A DNA stretch of 63,219 bases, the filler included, from Globobulimina sp. (taxonomy: Eukaryota): NCBI GenBank assembly GCA_003354225.1. It is 32 parts of 32 records of this genome, joined end to end, with 100 filler letters (N's around TTAATTAATTAA, not from the genome) between each part and the next. Parts side by side here need not be neighbours in the genome. Positions count along the whole stretch, not along the records: positions 61,343 to 63,219 come from PIVH01010984.1; 31 more parts are not named here. One strand, written 5' to 3'. A program made the translations under genes and the position numbers. Each line of letters opens with the position of its first letter. The first letter of the stretch is position 1. Below the pieces are notes generated by a model. The model worked only from the letters and a program-made list of their open reading frames with translations, did no database searches and was not told the origin of the DNA. Shown here piece by piece: positions 62,359 through 63,219 of this stretch.

Positions 62359-63219
62359 TGTTTAATTAGCAGATTAGACCTTGAATAAAAACAACTTAAA
62401 TAAATTTGACTAAGTCTTTAATAGATGCTTTCGTCGGTTTTTGGTTCATAGTGGTCGGTCACTTATTCTCTGCTTATTTTACGCCACAGAAACAATCCAC
62501 TTTCAACCGTCGCACAAAACTGTTTATTATTATATATTTATTAGATTTCGTCGCATTGATCACGCCACGAACACATACAAATAAGTTATGACATCGATGT
62601 AGAAAAATTGCGCAATTTCGCACATATTTTTGAGTTTGAAACCATACAAATGTTGGATAGCATTTCCAGTTTCAAACTGAAATATTAAACTTTGCATATC
62701 TCATATCCATAGCAATGATTTTATTTTTTGTGAGTTTGTGCATGGAATGGATACAAAGAACGTGTTCACTTTTTTACAGTTACTATCCGCCTCAAAAACA
62801 TTAATAAACTCACTCAAAAGAATAAGCACAAACAACTATATTAATAATATCAAAGCCTTCTCAGTCTCAACACCTTCGTTCACCACATTTCATTTTTTGT
62901 TTTGTTTTATACAGAAACGAGGATTTTCATTTTAAAAAATGGCAAACAAAGAAACAATCATAAAAGACAAAACAGAGAAACTTGATTTTCAAATATTCAA
63001 AACAAACACAACAAACTGTAATACTAAGAATAACGAAGATGAAATTGTGAAGAATTGCGACCATTTATTACGAATTGCATATTGTTTGCGATATTATCAA
63101 TTATTATGTCAGAAAGAGAGTGACTTGAATGCGCAGCAAATATTGATTGAGTTTTGCAGTGATTCATATTTAATGTGTTTGTCAGATTATATTCATTTAA
63201 TGACAAAACATTCTGAGAC

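Overview
This window is not one locus. It joins 32 unrelated contigs of 1877-1880 bp, sorted by length, with identical 100-nt spacers (N44-TTAATTAATTAA-N44), so neighbourhood across a spacer means nothing. The DNA is AT-rich, gene-dense and eukaryotic. It uses the standard code and has short GT-AG introns (mostly 50-110 nt). The gene families (TRAF-type RING, TM-RGS, MYND, ankyrin, RCC1) and frequent pseudogenes suggest a foraminiferan/rhizarian genome (inference). Recognisable content: histone H1, tRNA-Ala(CGC), CWF19L2 (split over two contigs that overlap by 10 bp), SELENBP1/methanethiol oxidase, Rae1, NTPDase, WWE-PARP, M4 peptidase, two non-LTR retrotransposon fragments, EML, ArsB-like and MFS transporters, prolidase and others. 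Most notable: (1) a Polinton/Maverick-like polymerase N-terminal gene with three introns, one ending in TG, behind 17-bp palindromic repeats; (2) a membrane-anchored bacterial-type M4 protease; (3) a lipoxygenase-like protein lacking two iron ligands; (4) a toxin-like ADP-ribosyltransferase-fold protein; (5) an Rcat domain without adjacent RING1/IBR among ubiquitin-binding modules; (6) Rae1 with Trp-based FG-like repeats; (7) a candidate AAAACTT promoter motif in very compact intergenic regions. All family calls come from motif recognition by eye; no database search was run.
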